From positions 416,001 through 480,000 of the forward strand of contig CBDEFM010000001.1 of the NCBI GenBank assembly GCA_965237415.1: 64,000 bases of DNA, read 5' to 3'. A program made the position numbers and the translations under genes. The notes below the pieces were generated by a model. The model made no database searches. It saw nothing but the letters and a program-made list of their open reading frames with translations, and had not been told where the DNA came from. Of the stretch, positions 19,083 to 30,904 are shown one piece after another. Source of the stretch: Alphaproteobacteria bacterium (GTDB taxonomy: Bacteria > Pseudomonadota > Alphaproteobacteria > UBA828). The first letter of the stretch is position 1. Every line of letters begins with the position of its first letter.

Positions 19083-19379
19083 ATGCTCTGGATCGACTGC
19101 CCCTGGTGCGGCGCCCGGCCCGAGACCGAGTTTCGCTACGGCGGCGAGGCCCATATCGCGCGCCCCGACCCGGCAGCGACCGACGATGCGGGCTGGGCCG
19201 ATTACCTCTTCATGCGGAGCAACCCCAAGGGTGTCCACGCCGAGCGCTGGATGCACCGGGAAGGCTGCCGGCGCTGGTTCAACGCGCTGCGCGACACCGT
19301 CAGCAACGACGTGCTCGCGATCTATCCCATGGGCGCGCCGCGGCCCGATGCGTCCGGCGGCGAGGCGGAGAACGAATAG
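19083..19379 (+). CDS. soxD: Sarcosine oxidase delta subunit
   Basis: CPWCG, EFRYGGEAH, H..GCRRWFN..RDT. Confidence 0.95.
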   Translation: MLWIDCPWCGARPETEFRYGGEAHIARPDPAATDDAGWADYLFMRSNPKGVHAERWMHREGCRRWFNALRDTVSNDVLAIYPMGAPRPDASGGEAENE

Positions 19380-22300
19380 TGCGCTTCCGTCTCAAGGAGG
19401 GTGGGCGGATCGACCGCACCAAGCGTCTCCGCTTCACCTTCAACGGACGCAGCTTTGAGGGCTTCGCCGGCGACACGCTGGCGTCCGCGCTGATTGCGAA
19501 CGGCACCCATCTCACGAGCCGGAGCTTCAAGTATCACCGGCCGCGCGGCATCCTCACCGCGGGCGCGGAGGAGCCGTCCGCCCTGGTCCAGCTCGGGACC
19601 GGCGCGCGCACGGAGCCCAACTTCCGCGCGACTCAGGTGGAGCTTTATGACGGGCTCACCGCTAGGGGCGTCAATGCCTGGCCGAGCGCCAACTTCGACC
19701 TTGCTGCCTGGACCGGGCGGCTCGCGCCGCTCTTCCCCGCCGGCTTCTACTACAAGACCTTTCTCTGGCCGGCGTCGTTTTGGAAGTCGCTCTACGAGCC
19801 CGCCATCCGGCGCATGGCAGGGCTCGGCCGCGCGCCCGACGCCCCCGACCCCGACTCCTACGACAAGATGTCGGTCCACTGCGACGTGCTGGTCGTGGGC
19901 GGCGGACCGGCGGGGATCGCTGCGGCGCTCGCCGCCGGCGAGGCCGGCGCGCGGGTCCTGCTCGTGGACGAGCAGGCGACGCTCGGCGGTGCTCTGTTGG
20001 GCCTCCGCCATAGGATCGACGGCGCTGACGGCGCGGCCTGGGCCGGGTCGGCGGCAGAGCGCCTCACCGCCATGCCGGAGGTGCGCGTTCTCACCCGCAC
20101 GACGCTCTTCGGTTACTACGACCACAACTCGCTGAGCGCGCTGGAGCGCCGCACCGACCATCTGGGGCCGCGCGCGCCCGCCGACATGAGCCGCCAGCGC
20201 CTGTGGAACATCAAGGCGCGCCGCGTGGTGCTCGCCACCGGCGCCCATGAGCGCCCGCTAGTCTTCGCCGACAACGACCGCCCCGGGATCATGCTGGCCT
20301 CGGCGGCGCAGCGCTATGTCAACCACTATGCGGCGCTGCCGGGCAAGCGTGCCGTGCTCTTCACCAACAACGACGACGCCTACCAGGCGGCGCACGACAT
20401 CGTGGACGCAGGCGGCACCGTCGCCGCCGTGGTCGATTGCAGGCCAGAGCCTGCGGCGCCGCTGGCGCCCGAGCTGAAGGAGGCCGGCGTAGCCCTCCAC
20501 ACCGGCTCCGTCATCGCCGCCACCCACGGCACGAAGCGGGTCCGCGCCGTCACCGTCGCCACGCTTGACAGGGATGGCAGGATTGGCGGCTCCGTGCGCC
20601 GCATCGCCTGCGATAGCGTGCTCGTTTCCGGCGGCTGGAACCCGGCGGTGCATCTCTTCAGCCAGTCGGCCGGCAAGCTCACGTTCGAGGAGGCGCGCGG
20701 GATCTTCCTGCCCGGCAGGGCCACGCAGGCGCTGGAGGTTGCGGGTGCCGCCGGCGGCAGCTTCGGCCTCACCGCCTGCCTCGCGGAAGGTGCGGCCGCC
20801 GGTGCGCGCGCGGCCCAGGCGGCAGGCTTCGGCGACGGCACGGCGCCGGCGGTGCCGCCCGTCGAAGCGCCCGAGCCCGGCGCCATCGCGCCCATGTGGT
20901 TGGTGCCGGGGCTGAAGCCGCTCGGCCACGGCAAGGCCAAGCACATGGTCGACCATCAGGACGACGTGACCGCGGCGGATATCCAGCTCGCGGCGCGCGA
21001 GGGCTTCCGCTCGGTCGAGCATGTCAAGCGCTACACCACCGTCGGCATGGGCACAGACCAGGGCAAGACGTCGAACGTCAACGGGCTCGCCATCCTCGCC
21101 GATGCGCTGGGCAAGACCGTGCCCGAGGTCGGCACCACCACCTACCGCCCGCCCTACACGCCGGTCACCTTCGGCGCGCTCGCAGGGCGCGATCGCGGCG
21201 CGCTGATGGACCCGGTGCGGCGCACCGCGATGCACGAATGGCACGAGGACCACGGCGCGGTGTTCGAGCCCGTCGGCCAATGGCACCGGCCTTGGTGGTA
21301 TCCCAAGCCAGGCGAGGACAAGCATGCTGCGGTGGCGCGCGAATGCCGGGCGGTGCGGGAGGCCGTCGGCATCCTCGACGCCTCCACCCTCGGCAAGATC
21401 GATATCAAGGGGCCGGACGCGGCGACCCTGCTCGACATGGTCTACACCAACACCTTCTCGACGCTGAAGGTGGGCCGCGTGCGCTACGGGCTCATGTGCG
21501 GCGACGACGGCATGGTGTTCGACGACGGCACAACCGCGCGCCTCGGCGAGCAGCACTATCTGATGACCACCACCACCGGCAATGCGGCCCACGTGCTGGA
21601 GTGGCTGGAGGAATGGCTGCAGACCGAGTGGCCGGAGCTCAAGGTCTACTGCACCTCGGTCACCGAGCAATGGGCGACTGTCGCCCTCGCCGGCCCGAAG
21701 GCCCGCGATGTGCTGGCCACGATGGCGCCGCAGTTGGCGCTCGACACCGACTCTTTCCCCTTCATGAGCGTGAAGGAGGGCATCGTCGCAGGCGTGAACG
21801 CGCGCGTCTTCCGCATCAGCTTCACCGGCGAGCTCAGCTTCGAGATCAACGTGCCCTGGCACCACGGGCACCACCTGTGGGAGGCGCTGATGGAGGCGGG
21901 CGCCGCGCACGGCATCACCCCCTACGGCACCGAGGCGATGCACGTGCTCCGGGCCGAGCGGGGCTTCATCATCGTCGGCCAGGAGACCGACGGCACCGCC
22001 ACACCCCAGGACCTCGGCATGGACTGGATCGTCTCCAAGAAGAAGCCGGATTTCCTGGGCAAGCGCGCCTGGGGCCGCGAGGACACGCGGCGGGAGGACC
22101 GCAAGCAGCTCGTCGGCATCCTCACCGACAACCCCAACGCCGTGCTGCCCGAGGGCACGCAGCTCGTGGACAAGCCGGGGCGGCCGCCGCTACCGATGAT
22201 CGGCCACGTCACCTCCAGCTATGCGAGCCCGACGCTGGGCCGCTCCATCGCGCTCGCGCTGGTGAAGGGCGGCCGTCCGCGCATCGGCGAGACCATCCAT

Positions 22301-22384
22301 GCAGCGCCCGAGAGCGGCTTCCTCCCCTGCAAGGTCACGGAGCCGGTGTTCTACGATCCGGAAGGAGCCAAGCGGGATGGCTGA
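19379..22384 (+). CDS. soxA: Sarcosine oxidase alpha subunit
   Basis: GTG start; GDTLASAL, SFKYHRPRG, HVKRYTT.GMGTDQGK, GcvT-like C-terminus. Confidence 0.96.
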   Translation: MRFRLKEGGRIDRTKRLRFTFNGRSFEGFAGDTLASALIANGTHLTSRSFKYHRPRGILTAGAEEPSALVQLGTGARTEPNFRATQVELYDGLTARGVNAWPSANFDLAAWTGRLAPLFPAGFYYKTFLWPASFWKSLYEPAIRRMAGLGRAPDAPDPDSYDKMSVHCDVLVVGGGPAGIAAALAAGEAGARVLLVDEQATLGGALLGLRHRIDGADGAAWAGSAAERLTAMPEVRVLTRTTLFGYYDHNSLSALERRTDHLGPRAPADMSRQRLWNIKARRVVLATGAHERPLVFADNDRPGIMLASAAQRYVNHYAALPGKRAVLFTNNDDAYQAAHDIVDAGGTVAAVVDCRPEPAAPLAPELKEAGVALHTGSVIAATHGTKRVRAVTVATLDRDGRIGGSVRRIACDSVLVSGGWNPAVHLFSQSAGKLTFEEARGIFLPGRATQALEVAGAAGGSFGLTACLAEGAAAGARAAQAAGFGDGTAPAVPPVEAPEPGAIAPMWLVPGLKPLGHGKAKHMVDHQDDVTAADIQLAAREGFRSVEHVKRYTTVGMGTDQGKTSNVNGLAILADALGKTVPEVGTTTYRPPYTPVTFGALAGRDRGALMDPVRRTAMHEWHEDHGAVFEPVGQWHRPWWYPKPGEDKHAAVARECRAVREAVGILDASTLGKIDIKGPDAATLLDMVYTNTFSTLKVGRVRYGLMCGDDGMVFDDGTTARLGEQHYLMTTTTGNAAHVLEWLEEWLQTEWPELKVYCTSVTEQWATVALAGPKARDVLATMAPQLALDTDSFPFMSVKEGIVAGVNARVFRISFTGELSFEINVPWHHGHHLWEALMEAGAAHGITPYGTEAMHVLRAERGFIIVGQETDGTATPQDLGMDWIVSKKKPDFLGKRAWGREDTRREDRKQLVGILTDNPNAVLPEGTQLVDKPGRPPLPMIGHVTSSYASPTLGRSIALALVKGGRPRIGETIHAAPESGFLPCKVTEPVFYDPEGAKRDG

Positions 22385-22970
22385 GGCACCGGCACCGCGC
22401 AGCCCGCTCGCGGGCCTCGCCGACGCGATCGCGGAAGCGCGCGCAGGCGATGCCGTCCTCGTCGAGCGGCCGCCGCGGACCAGGCTCAATCTTCGGCTGG
22501 ATCCCGAGGACTCGGACGCGCTCACCGCCGCCGGTGCGGCGCTGGGCGGCGCGTTGCCGCTGACGCCCAACACCGCCGCCGCCACCGCCCGCGGCTGGAC
22601 CCTGCTCTGGCTCGGCCCCGACGAGTGGCTGGCGACCGGCCCGGCCCACGGCGGAGTCGCGCTCGTTGAGGCGCTCGGAACGTCGCTCGACAGCAAGCAC
22701 CACGCAGTGTGCGACGTGAGCGCCATGTATGCCACGCTTGCGCTCTCCGGCCGCCACGCGCGCGAGGTGCTGATGAAGGGCTGCCGCCTCGACCTTCACC
22801 CGCGCGCGTTTGCGCCCGGCGCCTGCGCGCAGACGGCGCTGGCAAGAGCGCAAGTGATCCTGCACCAGACCGACGACGACCCCAGCTTCGAGATCACCGT
22901 GCGCAACTCCTTCGCCCACTACCTCGCCACCTGGCTCCTCGACGCCACGGCAGAGTACCGGCCGGCCTGA
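22377..22970 (+). CDS. soxG: Sarcosine oxidase gamma subunit
   Basis: [24 protein letters not shown]. Confidence 0.93.
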   Translation: MAEAPAPRSPLAGLADAIAEARAGDAVLVERPPRTRLNLRLDPEDSDALTAAGAALGGALPLTPNTAAATARGWTLLWLGPDEWLATGPAHGGVALVEALGTSLDSKHHAVCDVSAMYATLALSGRHAREVLMKGCRLDLHPRAFAPGACAQTALARAQVILHQTDDDPSFEITVRNSFAHYLATWLLDATAEYRPA

Positions 22971-23091
22971 GCGGCAGCTTGTCCCGTCGCCGCCGCTCGC
23001 CTATGGTGCGCCGGCGAAAGCGGACGGGGCGGCCGCGTCGGGCACGTGCGGCCGCACGGCGGCGCCACGCCCCCGGCGCCAGGGGCGGTTC

Positions 23092-24375
23092 ATGGACAGT
23101 ATTCGCATCAGGGGCGGCCGCCCGCTCGAAGGCGAGATCGAGATCTTCGGCGCCAAGAACGCGGCCCTGCCGCTGATGGCCGCGAGCCTTTTGACCGACG
23201 AGACTCTGACGCTCTCGAACATTCCCCACCTCACCGATATCACGACCCTTGTGCACCTCCTCGCCCAGCACGGCGTCGAGATCGGCATGGACGGCAACGC
23301 GCGACGGGGCGGCAATGCCGGGCGTGTGCTCTCGCTCCGCGCCCGCCATATCACCAACACCACGGCGCCCTACGAGCTGGTGAGCCGGATGCGTGCCTCC
23401 ATCCTGGTGCTGGGGCCGCTGCTCGCCCGCACAGGGCGCGCGACCGTCTCGCTCCCCGGCGGCTGCGCCATCGGCACCCGCCCGGTCGATCTGCATATCG
23501 ACGGGCTCACCCGCCTCGGCGCCCAGGTCGTTCTCGAAGACGGCGACATCAGCGCGCATGCGCGCGGGCGGCTGCGCGGGGCCGAGATCAGGCTGCCCTT
23601 CGCCTCGGTGGGTGCGACGGAAAACCTGATGATGGCGGCGACGCTAGCGGACGGCGAGACAGTCATCCGCAACGCGGCGCGCGAGCCGGAAATCGCCGAT
23701 CTCGCCCACTGCCTGAACGCGATGGGCGCTGACATCAGCGGGGTCGGCAGCGACGAGCTCGTGATCCAGGGCCAGGAGGCGCTCTCCGGCACCGACCACC
23801 ACGTGGTAGGCGACAGGATCGAGGCCGGCACCTATGCACTGGCCGCTGCAATCGTGGGCGGCGATGTCGAGCTCGCCGGTGCGCCGTCGGCGCTCCTGCG
23901 CTCTTTGCTCGACTATCTGGAGGCCGCCGGCGTTACCATTACCGAGACGCCGCACGGGCTCAGGGTGCGCGGCAACGGCCGGCCGATGGCGACGGACGTG
24001 ACGACGCGGCCCTATCCCGGCTTTCCCACCGACCTCCAGGCGCAGGCGATGGCGCTGATGACGGTTGCCGACGGCGCCGCGATGATCACCGAGACGATCT
24101 TCGAGAATCGCTTCATGCATGTGCAGGAGCTGCGCCGCATGGGCGCGGACATCGCCGTGCGCGGCGGCACAGCACTGGTGCGGGGGGTCGCCTCACTGAC
24201 CGGCGCACAGGTGATGGCGACCGACCTCCGGGCCTCGTCATCGCTGGTCCTCGCAGGGCTTGCCGCCGCAGGCGAGACGGTGGTGCACCGGGTCTATCAC
24301 CTTGATCGCGGCTATGAGCGGATCGAGGACAAGCTCGCGGCCTGCGGCGCCGAAATCGACCGGGTCCATCATTGA
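23092..24375 (+). CDS. murA: UDP-N-acetylglucosamine 1-carboxyvinyltransferase
   Basis: [43 protein letters not shown]. Confidence 0.97.
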   Translation: MDSIRIRGGRPLEGEIEIFGAKNAALPLMAASLLTDETLTLSNIPHLTDITTLVHLLAQHGVEIGMDGNARRGGNAGRVLSLRARHITNTTAPYELVSRMRASILVLGPLLARTGRATVSLPGGCAIGTRPVDLHIDGLTRLGAQVVLEDGDISAHARGRLRGAEIRLPFASVGATENLMMAATLADGETVIRNAAREPEIADLAHCLNAMGADISGVGSDELVIQGQEALSGTDHHVVGDRIEAGTYALAAAIVGGDVELAGAPSALLRSLLDYLEAAGVTITETPHGLRVRGNGRPMATDVTTRPYPGFPTDLQAQAMALMTVADGAAMITETIFENRFMHVQELRRMGADIAVRGGTALVRGVASLTGAQVMATDLRASSSLVLAGLAAAGETVVHRVYHLDRGYERIEDKLAACGAEIDRVHH

Positions 24376-24803
24376 CTGCACCGGCGCGCCTCAGACTGCG
24401 GGCGGAAGACGCCGGCGATCTCGCCGTGATCTCGGCATGCCTGGAGGATGCCGTCTTCGCGGTGGGCGAGATGGCCTTCGAGCCCGCCGACAGCCGCTTC
24501 GCGGCCATCGTCGTGCGCCGCTGCCGCGGGGCCGCCGGCGGCCCCGCGGGCCAGGCGCGCGCCGCGATCCACTTCGACGGGGTGTCTGCGGTCAAGCTGC
24601 GCGGGATCGACCGTACGGAGCCCGCGCGGCTGCTCAAGCTCGCGGGCATCATCGCCGAGCCCGGCCGGTCTGCGACCGTTGTGCGGCTTCTCTTCCAGGA
24701 CGGTGCCGAGGTATGGATCGAGGCCGAACGCCTCGCCGGCCATTTTCAGGACCTGGAGGAGCCGCGGCCGACTTCGGCGGGCGAGCGGGAGCCGGTGCCA
24801 TGA
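24372..24803 (+). CDS. DUF2948 family protein
   Basis: [21 protein letters not shown]; conserved position between murA and his genes. Confidence 0.8.
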   Translation: MTAPARLRLRAEDAGDLAVISACLEDAVFAVGEMAFEPADSRFAAIVVRRCRGAAGGPAGQARAAIHFDGVSAVKLRGIDRTEPARLLKLAGIIAEPGRSATVVRLLFQDGAEVWIEAERLAGHFQDLEEPRPTSAGEREPVP

Positions 24804-25465
24804 GCGACGGCCTGCTGCTCGCGCTGCCCAAAGGCAGGATTGCCCGCGAGCTTACGCCGCTGCTGGCGCGCGCAGGCATCGAGCCGGAGGCCGCGTTCGC
24901 GGACGACGACGCGCGCCAGCTCCGCTTTGCCACCTCGGATCCGGGGCTCGGGCTGATCCGGGTGCGGAGCTTCGACGTCGCCACCTTCGTCGCCTTCGGC
25001 GCGGCCCAGCTCGGCGTCGTCGGCAACGACGTGCTGATGGAGTTCGACTACCGCGAAATCTATGCGCCGCTCGACCTCGGCATCGGCCTCTGCCGCATGG
25101 TGGTGGCGGAGCCGTCGGAACTCGCGACTGGGGATGATCCTTCGCGCTGGAGTCATGTGCGGGTCGCCACCAAGTATCCCCGTATGACGCGCCGCCATTT
25201 CGCCGCCCGCGGGGTCCAGGCCGAATGCATCAAGCTCACCGGCGCCATGGAGCTGGCACCTGGGCTCGGGCTCTGCCGGCGCATCGTCGATCTGGTGGGC
25301 TCCGGCGCGACGCTCCGGGCCAACGGCCTGGTCGAGGTCGAACATATCGCCGACATCTCCGCCCGGCTCGTGGTCAACCGCACCGCGCTCAAGACACGGG
25401 CAGGCGAGCTCCAGGCCTGGATCGAGCGCTTCGGCGAGGCAGTGAATGGCACGCAGGCTGGATAG
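24800..25465 (+). CDS. hisG: ATP phosphoribosyltransferase (short form)
   Basis: [34 protein letters not shown]. Confidence 0.95.
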   Translation: MSDGLLLALPKGRIARELTPLLARAGIEPEAAFADDDARQLRFATSDPGLGLIRVRSFDVATFVAFGAAQLGVVGNDVLMEFDYREIYAPLDLGIGLCRMVVAEPSELATGDDPSRWSHVRVATKYPRMTRRHFAARGVQAECIKLTGAMELAPGLGLCRRIVDLVGSGATLRANGLVEVEHIADISARLVVNRTALKTRAGELQAWIERFGEAVNGTQAG

Positions 25466-26747
25466 CACAGGCGCCGGCTTCGCTGCCGCCTTCGAGGTCC
25501 TGCTCGAGGCCCGGCGGGGCGTGGCGGACGACGTGGACCGCGAGGCTGCGGCAATTGTCGATACAGTACGCGAAGGCGGCGATGCGGCGCTGCTCGACTA
25601 CACGGCGCGCTTCGACCGCATCGCGCTCACGCCTGAGCAGATACGGATTTCGGCGGCAGACATCGCCACCCACGCGGCCGCAGCGCCCAATTCGGTACGC
25701 GACGCGCTCGTGCAGGCGGCCGAACGGATCGAGTCGTTCCACCGCCACCTGATGCCGGCCGATCTCGACTACCGCGACGACGTCGGTGTCAGGCTGGGTG
25801 CCCGCTGGCGCCCGTTGGACGCGGTCGGGATCTACGTGCCGGGCGGCACGGCCGCCTATCCGAGCACCGTGCTGATGAACGCGATCCCCGCGCGCGTCGC
25901 CGGCGTGCAGCGCGTCGCCATGGTCGTGCCGACGCCGGATGGCGCGCTCGACCCTGCGGTGATGGCCGCCTCCGAGATCGCAGGCGTCACAGAGATCTAT
26001 CGGGTGGGCGGGGCGCAGGCCGTCGCCGCGCTCGCCCACGGCACCGAGACGATTGCGCCGGTGGACAAGATCGTGGGCCCCGGCAACGCCTATGTCGCCG
26101 CCGCCAAGCACCTGGTCTTCGGCACCGTCGGCATCGACATGATCGCGGGCCCCTCCGAGATCCTGGTGGTCGCCGATGGCGCCAATGAGCCGGATTGGAT
26201 CGCCGCGGACCTGCTCTCGCAAGCCGAGCATGACGAAGACGCGCAGGCGATCCTGATCGCGGACGACAGCGCCTTCGCCACCCAGGTGACGGATGCGGTG
26301 GCAGGGCATCTGGCGCAGCTCCCCCGCGCCACCATCGCTGCCGCGAGCTGGCGCCGCCACGGCGCCGTCATCATCGTTCGTTCCCTCGACGAGGCGCCGG
26401 CGCTGATCAATCGCCTCGCGCCCGAGCACCTGGAGCTCGCCGTGGACGAGCCTTTGACACTGGCCGAGGCCGTGACCAGCGCCGGCGCCATCTTCCTCGG
26501 CCGCCACACGCCCGAAGCAATCGGCGACTATGTGGCCGGCCCCAACCACGTGCTGCCGACGGCGCGCAGCGCCCGCTTCTCCTCGGGTCTCTCGCCGCTG
26601 GATTTCCTCAAGCGCACGACCTTCGTCGGCTGCGACGCCGCGAGCCTCGCGCAAATCGGCCCGGCGGCCGTGACGCTCGCCGAAGCCGAGGGCCTTCATG
26701 CCCACGCGCTCTCGGTGGCGCTCAGGCTCGGCGGCGGGTCGGAGTGA
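25446..26747 (+). CDS. hisD: Histidinol dehydrogenase
   Basis: [43 protein letters not shown]. Confidence 0.97.
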   Translation: MARRLDSTGAGFAAAFEVLLEARRGVADDVDREAAAIVDTVREGGDAALLDYTARFDRIALTPEQIRISAADIATHAAAAPNSVRDALVQAAERIESFHRHLMPADLDYRDDVGVRLGARWRPLDAVGIYVPGGTAAYPSTVLMNAIPARVAGVQRVAMVVPTPDGALDPAVMAASEIAGVTEIYRVGGAQAVAALAHGTETIAPVDKIVGPGNAYVAAAKHLVFGTVGIDMIAGPSEILVVADGANEPDWIAADLLSQAEHDEDAQAILIADDSAFATQVTDAVAGHLAQLPRATIAAASWRRHGAVIIVRSLDEAPALINRLAPEHLELAVDEPLTLAEAVTSAGAIFLGRHTPEAIGDYVAGPNHVLPTARSARFSSGLSPLDFLKRTTFVGCDAASLAQIGPAAVTLAEAEGLHAHALSVALRLGGGSE

Positions 26748-26751
26748 GCGC

Positions 26752-27237
26752 GTGGACCGGGATCCGGCCGGCGAGGCCCGGCTGGTCGAGGTGGTACTGG
26801 ACCCTGGCGCGGGATTTCGCCGGGGCCCCGATCTCGAGCACGAGCGCCGCATCGCCATCCACGACCTGCTGGAGGAGAACTCCTTCGCCCCGGCCGCAGG
26901 ATCGGGCGGCCCCTATCGGCTCCGCATCGGCCGGGAGGAGGGGCGGCTTCTCCTCGATGTGGAGGATGAAGCGGGGGTACCGCAAGCCCGCGCCGTGCTG
27001 CACCTCGGGTCGCTGCGCCAGACGCTGCGCGACTACGCAACCATTTGCGACACCTATCACGAGGCGATCAGGACCGCCCCGCGGTCCCGCATCGAGGCGA
27101 TCGACATGGGCCGGCGCGCCTGCCACAACGACGGCGCCGAGATTATTCGCCGGGAGTTGGCCGGCACCATCGATATCGACGAGACGACGGCGCGGCGGCT
27201 GTTCACGCTCGTCTATGCGCTCCATGTCCGGGTCTAG
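26752..27237 (+). CDS. UPF0262 family protein
   Basis: EHERRIAIHDLLEENSF, IEAIDMGRR, TARRLFTL. Confidence 0.88.
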   Translation: MDRDPAGEARLVEVVLDPGAGFRRGPDLEHERRIAIHDLLEENSFAPAAGSGGPYRLRIGREEGRLLLDVEDEAGVPQARAVLHLGSLRQTLRDYATICDTYHEAIRTAPRSRIEAIDMGRRACHNDGAEIIRRELAGTIDIDETTARRLFTLVYALHVRV

Positions 27238-27245
27238 TCCCCGCC

Positions 27246-27692
27246 ATGGGCAGGCTCCCCGGCAGTATCCTCTTCGCCTGCACCTGGAACTCCGTGCGCT
27301 CGCCCATGGCGGAAGGGCTGATGAAGAGCCTCTTCGGCACCCGGCTCTTCGTCGATTCGGCGGGCGTGCGCAGCGGCGGCGGGCGTGATCCCTTCGCGGT
27401 GCTCGTCATGGCGGAGATCGGGATCGACATCGGCGGCCATCGGCCCAAGACCTTCGACGATCTCGAAAGCGACGCGTTCGATATGGTCATCTCGCTTTCG
27501 CCGGAAGCCCAGCATAAGGCGATCGAACTCACCCGCACGGCCCATTGCGAGATCGAATTCTGGCACACCCTCGATCCCAGCGTGGTCGAAGGCAACCGCG
27601 AGACCCGCCTGTTCGCCTACAGGGAGGTGCGTGACGGGCTCATGGCGCGGCTGCGCGAACGCTTCGGCGCGCCACGCCCGCCGGTGGTCTGA
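27246..27692 (+). CDS. Low-molecular-weight phosphatase/ArsC family protein
   Basis: LFACTWNSVRSPMAE P-loop (CxxxxxRS). Confidence 0.88.
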   Translation: MGRLPGSILFACTWNSVRSPMAEGLMKSLFGTRLFVDSAGVRSGGGRDPFAVLVMAEIGIDIGGHRPKTFDDLESDAFDMVISLSPEAQHKAIELTRTAHCEIEFWHTLDPSVVEGNRETRLFAYREVRDGLMARLRERFGAPRPPVV

Positions 27693-27694
27693 GC

Positions 27695-28309
27695 GTGCCC
27701 TCCGCCGCGTCCCGCCCGCCTCTGGTGCTCGCCTCGGCGTCGCCCCGCCGCCGTGCGCTGCTGGAGCAGATCGGCTACGCACCGGACGTGGTGGAGCCTG
27801 CGGCGCTCGACGAAGCGGTGCTCCCCGGCGAGCGGCCGGAGGCGCACGCGGCCCGGCTCGCCCAGGCCAAAGCCACAGCCGTTTCAGCCCGCCATCCGAG
27901 GGCGTTCGTCCTCGGCGCCGATACGGTCGTGGCGTGCGGCCGGCGAATCCTCGGCAAGGCGGAGACCGAGGAGAGCGCGCGGCGCTGCCTCGCCCTCCTC
28001 TCCGGCCGGCGCCATCGGGTCTTTGGCGGGGTCACGGCGATCGACCCGGCGGGCCGCGCAGTAAGCCGCCTGGTGCGCACCGCGGTGACGTTCAAGCGGC
28101 TCTCGGAAGAGGAGATGGCGGCCTATCTCGCCGCCGGCGAATGGCGGGGAAAGGCCGGCGGTTACGCGATACAGGGGCGGGTGGCAGCCTTCGTCCGCTT
28201 CGTCGGCGGCTCCTACACCAATGTGGTGGGGCTGCCCGTTCACGAGACCTACCAGCTATTGGTCGGCCTCGGCCTGCCGCCCCGGCCGCCCGGCGCCGGG
28301 GACTCATGA
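27695..28309 (+). CDS. maf: Maf family nucleotide pyrophosphatase
   Basis: LASASPRR, GADTVV, KAGGYAIQG, NVVGLP. Confidence 0.94.
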   Translation: MPSAASRPPLVLASASPRRRALLEQIGYAPDVVEPAALDEAVLPGERPEAHAARLAQAKATAVSARHPRAFVLGADTVVACGRRILGKAETEESARRCLALLSGRRHRVFGGVTAIDPAGRAVSRLVRTAVTFKRLSEEEMAAYLAAGEWRGKAGGYAIQGRVAAFVRFVGGSYTNVVGLPVHETYQLLVGLGLPPRPPGAGDS

Positions 28310-29709
28310 GCAAGACGACGCGCGATGGGGCGGGAGGCCCGGCGATCGACGAGCTGCTGATCACCGCGAGCCCCTATGGCATGCGCGCAGCCGGGGTCGC
28401 GGCCGGCCGGCCGGTCGCGTTCTTCATCGAAGCCGGCGCGAAGCCCAGTCGCATCGGCGACCTGCACGTGGCGCGCCCGCTCGGCAGGATGAAGGGCATC
28501 GACGCCTGCATCGTCGATATCGGTGAGGGCGAGGAGGCATTCCTCCAGGGGGCACGTAGCCTCGGCACCGATGGCGCGCAACCGATCGTGCAGGTCGTCT
28601 GCGACGCCTATGAGGGCAAACGCGCGCGGGTCACGCGGCGAGCGGTGCTGGCGGGCCGCTTCGCCACCTTCCGGCCCGGCGGGCGCGGACTCGCCTTCTC
28701 CCGCCGCCTCCGCGACCCGAAGGCTCGGCGCGTGCTCGCCGCCGCGCTCGATGAGGTGGAGACGCCCGGCGGCGCGCTGACGATCAGGGCAGCCGCCGGG
28801 GTGTGCCCGGACGAGGTGCCGGCCGCTGCCGCCGCGCTGGCGGCACGTTGGGAAGAGGCCCTAGCGTCCGCCAAGGGCGACCGGACCCCCCGGCGCCTTT
28901 GGCAGGCAGGCGGCCTGCTCGGGCGTCTGCTGCGCGACGTGGCAGCGCCAGGAACGACGAGCATCGCCATCGACGATCGCGCCCTGCTCGACCGGGCGGG
29001 CACGTTGGCCGCACGTGAGGCGCCGGATCTCACGCCTGCGCTCTCATACGCAGGCGCGGCACCGCCTGCGGGGCCGCTCTTCGAGCGCCACGATTGCGCC
29101 GGCCGGCTCGCGGCGGCGCTGGAACCCGAGGTCGTGTTGCCCGGCGGCGCCCGGCTCACGATCGAGGAAGCCCGCGCGCTCTGCGCGATCGACGTCGACA
29201 CGAGCCAAACCGCCGATGCCGTCGCAGCCGAGACCGCCGACGCCGCCGGGCGCGAAATCGTCCTGCGCAATCTCGGCGGGTTGATCGCGATCGACTTCGC
29301 AGGCCGCGGCGGGACCCGCGACCGGACGGCCCAGCTTGCAGCGCTCGGCCGCGCACTCAAGGCCGACCGGACCTCCCACCGCGTGCTCGGCGTCACCGCC
29401 GGCGGGGTGGTGGAGGTTAACCGCCAGCGGCTTGGCCCGAGCCTGCGGCAGGCCCTGACCGAGCCCGCAGGCGGCGTCTTTGGCGGGCGCAGGCTGCGGC
29501 TGGACGCGGCGGCCCACGAGGCGGCGGACGCCGCCCGGCGCGAGGCGGCGAGCGGGGCGCGGGCGCTCACACTGCGTGCCGCGCCTGCTTTCCTGGAAAC
29601 GCTTGCGGCCCCCGGCGACGGTGTGCTGGAACGCTGGCTGGGCATCCCGCTCACGCTCATCGCCGATCCGGCCCGGCCGCACGGCCGCTTTTCCATCGAG
29701 CGACGCTGA
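28306..29709 (+). CDS. Ribonuclease E/G family protein
   Basis: AIDVDT, IVLRNLGGLIAIDF, EVNRQR; follows maf. Confidence 0.8.
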   Translation: MSKTTRDGAGGPAIDELLITASPYGMRAAGVAAGRPVAFFIEAGAKPSRIGDLHVARPLGRMKGIDACIVDIGEGEEAFLQGARSLGTDGAQPIVQVVCDAYEGKRARVTRRAVLAGRFATFRPGGRGLAFSRRLRDPKARRVLAAALDEVETPGGALTIRAAAGVCPDEVPAAAAALAARWEEALASAKGDRTPRRLWQAGGLLGRLLRDVAAPGTTSIAIDDRALLDRAGTLAAREAPDLTPALSYAGAAPPAGPLFERHDCAGRLAAALEPEVVLPGGARLTIEEARALCAIDVDTSQTADAVAAETADAAGREIVLRNLGGLIAIDFAGRGGTRDRTAQLAALGRALKADRTSHRVLGVTAGGVVEVNRQRLGPSLRQALTEPAGGVFGGRRLRLDAAAHEAADAARREAASGARALTLRAAPAFLETLAAPGDGVLERWLGIPLTLIADPARPHGRFSIERR

Positions 29710-29727
29710 TCGCGGCCGCAAGGACGG

Positions 29728-30693
29728 ATGCTCGACCCACTCACCCATATCCAGCTCATCGGCGGTTTCGTTCTGCTCTTCGTGGGCGGCGAGGCGCTGG
29801 TGCGGGGCGCGGTCTCGCTCGCTCAGCGGCTGCACGTCTCGCCGCTGCTGATCGGGGCCACGGTGGTCGCCTTCGGCACCTCGATGCCGGAGCTTGTGGT
29901 CACCTTGCAGGCGGCGCTCAGGGGCTCGTTCGGCATCGCCTTCGGCAACGTAATCGGCAGCAATGTCGCGAACCTCATGCTCATCCTCGGCCTCGCCGTC
30001 GTGATTACGCCGGTCCTGGTTTCGCGGCGGGCGGTGGCGCGGGACGGTGGGGCCTTGATCGGTGCCACCGCGCTGCTCGTCGTGTTCACCTCGATGGGTA
30101 CGCTGGTCGCCTGGCAGGGAGCGTTGATGCTGGTCCTGCTCGGGCTGCTCACCTGCGCCTCCTACTGGCACGAGCGACGCCTCGGCGGCGAGAAGGGCAT
30201 CCGCCATCGACATGAGGCCGAGGAACGCCAGCACTTGCCGCAATCCATCTGGCTCGCCTTGCTCGCCGCGCTGCTCGGGCTCGCCGGCGTCAGCATCGGC
30301 GCCCACCTGATGGTCGGTGCCGCGACGATCATCGCGCGCGGCCTCGGGATCACCGAAACCGTGATCGGGATCACGGTCGTCGCAGTCGGCACCTCGCTGC
30401 CGGAGCTGGCCACCACCGTGGTGGCGGCCTATCGCAAGCATGCCGACGTCGCAATCGGCAACGTGCTCGGCTCCAGCGTGTTCAACATTCTTGCGATCCT
30501 GGGCGTCGTGACCGTGGTGACGCCGCTGCCGGTGCCGGACGAAATCTTGCACCTCGACATCTGGCTGTTGGCAGGCATCACCCTCCTCGTGATCGCGGTG
30601 GCGCTCGCCGGCGTGCGCCTGGGGCGGCCGTTCGGCGTGCTCCTCCTGCTTGGCTACGCGGCATTCGCGGCAATGCAATATCTCGGCTCATAG
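29728..30693 (+). CDS. Calcium/sodium antiporter (YrbG family)
   Basis: Two alpha repeats: GTSMPE/GSNVAN and GTSLPE/GSSVFN. Confidence 0.92.
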   Translation: MLDPLTHIQLIGGFVLLFVGGEALVRGAVSLAQRLHVSPLLIGATVVAFGTSMPELVVTLQAALRGSFGIAFGNVIGSNVANLMLILGLAVVITPVLVSRRAVARDGGALIGATALLVVFTSMGTLVAWQGALMLVLLGLLTCASYWHERRLGGEKGIRHRHEAEERQHLPQSIWLALLAALLGLAGVSIGAHLMVGAATIIARGLGITETVIGITVVAVGTSLPELATTVVAAYRKHADVAIGNVLGSSVFNILAILGVVTVVTPLPVPDEILHLDIWLLAGITLLVIAVALAGVRLGRPFGVLLLLGYAAFAAMQYLGS

Positions 30694-30770
30694 TGCCGGC
30701 CCAAAGGCGCGGGCGGCGCGTAGACAGGTGCGGCTCCGTCGCCTATACACAGGCCCGCATGCCGGCGTAC

Positions 30771-30846
<76 letters not shown>

Positions 30847-30904
30847 GCACCTCGCGCCGGCGGCAGCGGACGGGCATTGCGACCGGACGAGGCGAGGACG
30901 GACC

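Noticed and set aside
20258-22563. Long antisense and alternate-frame ORFs here and throughout (e.g. 30782-32623, 33039-34925, 54405-56126)
   Set aside because: Arg/Ala/Gly-rich shadow ORFs typical of high-GC DNA, overlapping well-supported genes
27385-29709. 774-aa extended RNase E/G
   Set aside because: The extension overlaps the phosphatase and maf genes in another frame; ATG at 28306 is coupled to the maf stop
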